Positions 29,701-32,000 of a stretch of DNA of 32,000 nt are shown here, piece by piece (the first letter of the stretch is position 1; the number at the start of each line of letters is the position of its first letter). The translations under genes and the position numbers were made by a program. The notes beneath the pieces were generated by a model. It made no database searches. It was not told where the DNA came from and saw only the letters and a program-made list of their open reading frames with translations. Origin of the DNA: Geobacter sulfurreducens PCA (GTDB taxonomy: Bacteria > Desulfobacterota > Desulfuromonadia > Geobacterales > Geobacteraceae); contig NC_002939.5 of assembly GCF_000007985.2 (NCBI RefSeq), positions 1,680,001 through 1,712,000 on the forward strand. Direction: 5' to 3'.

Positions 29701-30115
29701 ACAGCTCGCCGAATGAGAATGCCTTTGCCTGCCGCAGCCGGTAGTGCCGCCACGCCAGGCCGCATGCGCCGGAAAGGACGATGGTGGTAATTCCCATTGC
29801 CGTCCCCCCGCCGCCGAGGGCAAGGCGGTAGGTAGCGGCGATGGCCATGGCGATTACCGTGGGAATGGTGCCGAAGAAGAGGCCGGTAAGCCCCAGTAGG
29901 ATGGTGCGGGTGTCGAAAATAATGCCGGGACCGAATATGACCGGTGTCGCCATGAGAGCCACCGCAATGGCACCGGTGGTGACTCCCGAAACTATTCGGT
30001 TCATCAGGGGTGTCTGAATGTTCCGGCGGTAGGACAGGATGTCGTAAATCAGACCCAGCGACAGCAATAAGGCGGCATTGTTGACAAGCCCCAGGATGAT
30101 GCGTTCATTCACCAT
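26777..30115 (-). CDS. Hybrid sensor histidine kinase: multi-TM (5TMR-LYT-like) N-terminus, PAS-PAS-GAF-PAS, HisKA, HATPase_c, C-terminal receiver
   Basis: The probable start is ATG 30115 (MVNERIILGLV..), which leads into about six hydrophobic helices. Phospho-His box GGVAHDFNNML; ATPase boxes NLCVNARDA, DTGCGI and GTGLGLATV; receiver ILFVEDE..LLITDVIMPGMNG..K. Confidence 0.9.
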   Translation of the reverse strand: MVNERIILGLVNNAALLLSLGLIYDILSYRRNIQTPLMNRIVSGVTTGAIAVALMATPVIFGPGIIFDTRTILLGLTGLFFGTIPTVIAMAIAATYRLALGGGGTAMGITTIVLSGACGLAWRHYRLRQAKAFSFGELYLFGVVVHLGMILCMLLLPTELIARTMASLALPVILIYPLCTALLGGLLSARHKKYQLEKELEESAARYNQLAAQSRTITWEIDVTGLFTYVSPVVESVFGYLPNELVGAMRFYEIHPTEGRERFKTSFLEMFASKTIVEEVVHPVVAVDGRTIWMSTNALPILDEHGTLVGYRGACTDISERKQLEDRLRESELLHRTLFEQNPYGVVIIDPENATLIDFNDQACRQLGYTREEFSRLKISDIDIVESPEQTRNRIQKIMRDGYDEFETLQRTKQGEQRSILVRAQYSHIKGKNVYHCIWRDITAEKKEAQLLLARTHLIEYSVSHSLDELLTETLDRLEELTGSELGFFHLLQEDQRTITLHAWSSRTAELCTAECSHRHYDISRAGVWTDCASLRQPVIHNDYASLPHRKGLPLGHAPVNRQLTMPIMRHDKIAGILGIGNKKTDYTREDIAVVSRFADLVWDIAERKQVHDSLRESDEKFSSAFNNAPLMITISTIEDGRYLDVNQRFLDISGFSREEVLANTAVSLGWLGASDRTRLKEMMLKNGSIQDLELETRSKSGAKVLCKYWGTIIPVAGRKRLLSIALDITEHRRMEQQLFQAQKMDSIGRLAGGVAHDFNNMLSIIIGRTELALMQTDRDNPLYHNLEEIQGAAKRSAEITKQLLTFSRKQTIVPKVLDLNDTITSMLKMLRRLLGENIKLGWNPGYNLRRVKIDPSQLDQILVNLCVNARDAIAGTGEINIQTSNGTFGEASGTDDIPPGDYVLLEVSDTGCGIGPELLEHIFEPFFTTKELGHGTGLGLATVYGIVQQCGGQIRVSSLPGNGSTFRIYFPAASAPTDAPIPAAPEIIGGTETILFVEDEAAIMHMGAAMLEKLGYKVLPVNSPEEALQSAVTHAGSINLLITDVIMPGMNGHDLAVQLRAANPDIKILFMSGYTSDILSNRSELGQDLHFLQKPFTITTLDGKIREALQG

Positions 30116-30308
30116 TGCACCCGTGAATTGACCTCGCGATGCACTGCGGACACCCATACTACCACAGGTAAATCGCGGGCATACATAATTTTGTTAACGA
30201 GATGCGAATGCGTATACGAAAACCATGCCATGCATGGAATGTCTGGTTGGTAACGATTTAAGGATGTGGATACGCTGAAGGTAACAGTGACGACAGTGGC
30301 TGCCAGAA

Positions 30309-30346
30309 ACACGAAGGGGGAGGCTTTCGCGCCTCCCCCTTCGTGT
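30309..30346 (-). terminator. Rho-independent terminator after the DUF4382 gene
   Basis: acacgaagggggaggc-tttcgc-gcctcccccttcgtgt is a perfect 16-bp stem starting 6 nt past the stop codon (30352-30354). The minus-strand tail is UUUCUGG. Confidence 0.6.
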
Positions 30347-30351
30347 AGTGC

Positions 30352-31281
30352 TCAGGGAAGGGGAATCAGGGGGATGGTACCCAGGTCGGTTGCCTGTCCG
30401 GTCACCACGGAAACGGCTGAAGAGGAGTAGACCTGGAAGCCGTTGGTAGTGATGAATGCCTTGTACGTCACCGGCAGAGTGTTCGGCGGAACGAACGCCG
30501 CAAAGGGGGCCTGCCACGCGCCGCCAGTGTAGTTACTGAAGATCAAGCCAGCGGCAATGGGATCGTTGTCGTTGGTTGATCCGCGGCGTTTTACCGACAC
30601 CGTTGCGCTTGACCAGGGCATGAATGTCGACATGACGTTTCCGGAAATGGATCCGAACTGGGTAAGGGGATCGGACAGGTGCACGACGCGAATCCCCGTC
30701 GGCTTCAGGTTGTAGTCGCCATTGCCCCTCGCAACGATGGCGGTATTGGGGTCGAAGTCTATCATGACCGCATTGATGACCCCGGCCCTGACTTCTACCG
30801 GGCCAAGAACCTTAACCCCGGATTGCTGGCCGCTGGGAGTCGTCAGGGGGATCTGCGTGACGGGATCAGCCTTCAGGGTCAGGTAGTTTGCCGGTGCCGG
30901 GTCGAGAACAAGCCGGATCTGGCTGTAGGCTCCCGCAGGGAGAACCGCCTCGCCCAGCGCTTCCTGCACGAACTGCAATTGCATCACGTCGATGACCCTG
31001 GATGGGGTGAATCGGGCGATCACCGGCAGGCCGGGGTCGTTGTCGGGCGCATTCTCCCTGCCCGCCGGCACGACACGTATTTCCCTGATGCTGATGATGA
31101 CCTTGTCGAACGAATCGCTCTGTTTGTCGGTAATGGAAAGTTTCAGGGTTCCCGTTGACGCCGCAGTGCTTGCCGATCCGCCATCCCCTCCGCCGCCGCA
31201 TCCGTGCATCAGCATCAGTGCCGCAAGCGCGGCGGCAAGAATCCCCAGTACTCCCATAGCTGACTTTTTCGCGCGTACCAT
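30352..31281 (-). CDS. DUF4382-family lipoprotein
   Basis: ATG 31281 follows AAAGGAG. The signal peptide MVRAKKSAMGVLGILAAALAALMLMHGC is followed by a Gly-rich linker. LKLSITDKQSDSFDKVIISIREIRVV.. and AGAYSQIRLVL are typical DUF4382 blocks. The upstream GTG at 31317 falls in the terminator tail and is rejected. Confidence 0.8.
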   Translation of the reverse strand: MVRAKKSAMGVLGILAAALAALMLMHGCGGGGDGGSASTAASTGTLKLSITDKQSDSFDKVIISIREIRVVPAGRENAPDNDPGLPVIARFTPSRVIDVMQLQFVQEALGEAVLPAGAYSQIRLVLDPAPANYLTLKADPVTQIPLTTPSGQQSGVKVLGPVEVRAGVINAVMIDFDPNTAIVARGNGDYNLKPTGIRVVHLSDPLTQFGSISGNVMSTFMPWSSATVSVKRRGSTNDNDPIAAGLIFSNYTGGAWQAPFAAFVPPNTLPVTYKAFITTNGFQVYSSSAVSVVTGQATDLGTIPLIPLP

Positions 31282-31319
31282 TGTCCACTCCTTTCCCCGT
31301 TTCGTCTGGACATCCACGC

Positions 31320-31440
31320 AAAAAAAAACGGGATGCCGAATTTGTGGTGATAGTTCGGCATCCCGGCTGTCTCGGTGAGACCCTGTGGGCTTTCCGCCCC
31401 ATCCTCGCGGATGGTTTAGTAGTATCGTGTATCACGCTCA
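31320..31440 (-). promoter_or_regulatory. Candidate GEMM-I (cyclic-di-GMP-I / cGAMP class) riboswitch with intrinsic-terminator expression platform
   Basis: The minus-strand RNA reads ACUAAACCAUCC-GCGA-GGAUGGGGCGGAAAGCCCACAGGGUCUCACCGAGACAGCCGGGAUGCCGAA. It shows the AAACC lead-in, a 6-bp hairpin capped by a GYRA tetraloop, a G.CG.AAAGCC junction, a second hairpin and the AGCCGGG.UGCC 3' block of GEMM-I. The terminator CGGGAUGCCGAA-13 nt-UUCGGCAUCCCG plus U9 (31365-31320) shares its 5' arm with the aptamer 3' end. Confidence 0.55.
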
Positions 31441-31451
31441 GTTGTGAAGAA

Positions 31452-31479
31452 AGTCTAACCAGTGATATCTCGATGTCAA
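31452..31479 (-). promoter_or_regulatory. Candidate sigma70 promoter for the riboswitch-DUF4382 transcript
   Basis: On the minus strand: TTGACA (31479-31474), a 16-nt spacer, then TAGACT (31457-31452). This places the transcription start a few nt upstream of the aptamer. Confidence 0.4.
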
Positions 31480-31576
31480 ACTGCGGCTTCACTGGACGGT
31501 GGCAGCCGGAGGGGATGGCATTTGCAGGGAATGACGATAGACTTGATTGGAATGGCTAACTTCAAGGAGGAATGGC

Positions 31577-32000
31577 ATGGACACCATGGGACAGTATCAG
31601 CAGCTGGTTGTCACGTATGCAACGGTAATCGGGACAAAGATCATCGCCGCCATTTTGTTCTGGGTTGTCGGCCGCTGGCTGATCCACCTGGTGCAGCGGA
31701 TGCTTCATCAGGTTCTGGAGAAGCAGAAAGTCGATCCCAGTCTGATGCGGTATCTGGGCAACTTCCTCGGAGTGGCTCTGAACATCGTGCTGGTGGTGGC
31801 GATACTCGGCTACTTCGGGGTGCAGACCACCACCTTCGCCGCATTGGTGGCCGGCGTCGGCATTGCCATTGGCGCTGCCTGGGGTGGGCTCCTTTCCAAC
31901 CTGGCGGCCGGGGCGTTCCTTCTGGTGTTGCGCCCCTTCAAGGTGGGGGATTTCGTCACCGCCGGAGGCATCACCGGCACCGTAAACGAGATAGGCCTCT
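31577..32000 (+). CDS. mscS: Small-conductance mechanosensitive channel (MscS family), 5' part, runs off the window end
   Basis: ATG 31577 lies 6 nt after AAGGAGG. The translation is MDTMGQYQQLVVTYATVIGTKIIAAILFWVVGRWLI..DPSLMRYLGNFLGVALNIVLVVAILGYFGVQTTTFAALVAGVGIAIGAAWGGLLSNLAAGAFLLVLRPFKVGDFV, which is the MscS TM3/pore signature. It is absent from the ORF track because there is no stop in the window. Confidence 0.85.
   Translation, partial: MDTMGQYQQLVVTYATVIGTKIIAAILFWVVGRWLIHLVQRMLHQVLEKQKVDPSLMRYLGNFLGVALNIVLVVAILGYFGVQTTTFAALVAGVGIAIGAAWGGLLSNLAAGAFLLVLRPFKVGDFVTAGGITGTVNEIGL

Overview
High-GC chromosomal window; the gene content looks Geobacter/Desulfuromonadales-like, which is an inference only. 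I saw no rRNA, tRNA or CRISPR array. Many long ORFs in the track are antisense shadows of real genes, typical of high-GC DNA. Left third (1-13.7 kb) is core DNA-maintenance and envelope genes: the 3' end of an nrdJ-like gene, translationally coupled recC-recB-recD, a convergent gspA/gspB (exeAB-like) pair, a di-haem cytochrome c peroxidase and xthA. Middle (about 13.7-19.5 kb) is a visibly lower-GC mosaic accessory stretch. It holds a remnant 3' end of a RAYT-type Y1 transposase gene, a very AT-rich seven-repeat FG-GAP lipoprotein gene, and an intact RAYT gene flanked by inverted REP-like ends. It also holds a HigBA-type TA locus with a frameshifted toxin, DUF2845 and LysE genes, a second copy of the RAYT left-flank sequence, and an orphan membrane protein. 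Right third contains a TPR-GT9 protein, a ferritin-like plus transglutaminase-like pair, and a 4-OT tautomerase gene that overlaps them convergently. It then has a four-gene SiaABCD-like partner-switching diguanylate cyclase module behind a sigma54-type promoter, a large hybrid histidine kinase, a DUF4382 lipoprotein gene and a partial mscS. The cyclase of the Sia-like module carries a duplicated stalk helix and an inserted Cys/His module. The DUF4382 gene is preceded by a candidate GEMM-I (cyclic dinucleotide) riboswitch with a terminator expression platform. The most interesting items are the unusual SiaD-like enzyme, the riboswitch whose key position suggests cGAMP rather than c-di-GMP selectivity, and the RAYT/REP structure bracketing foreign cargo.
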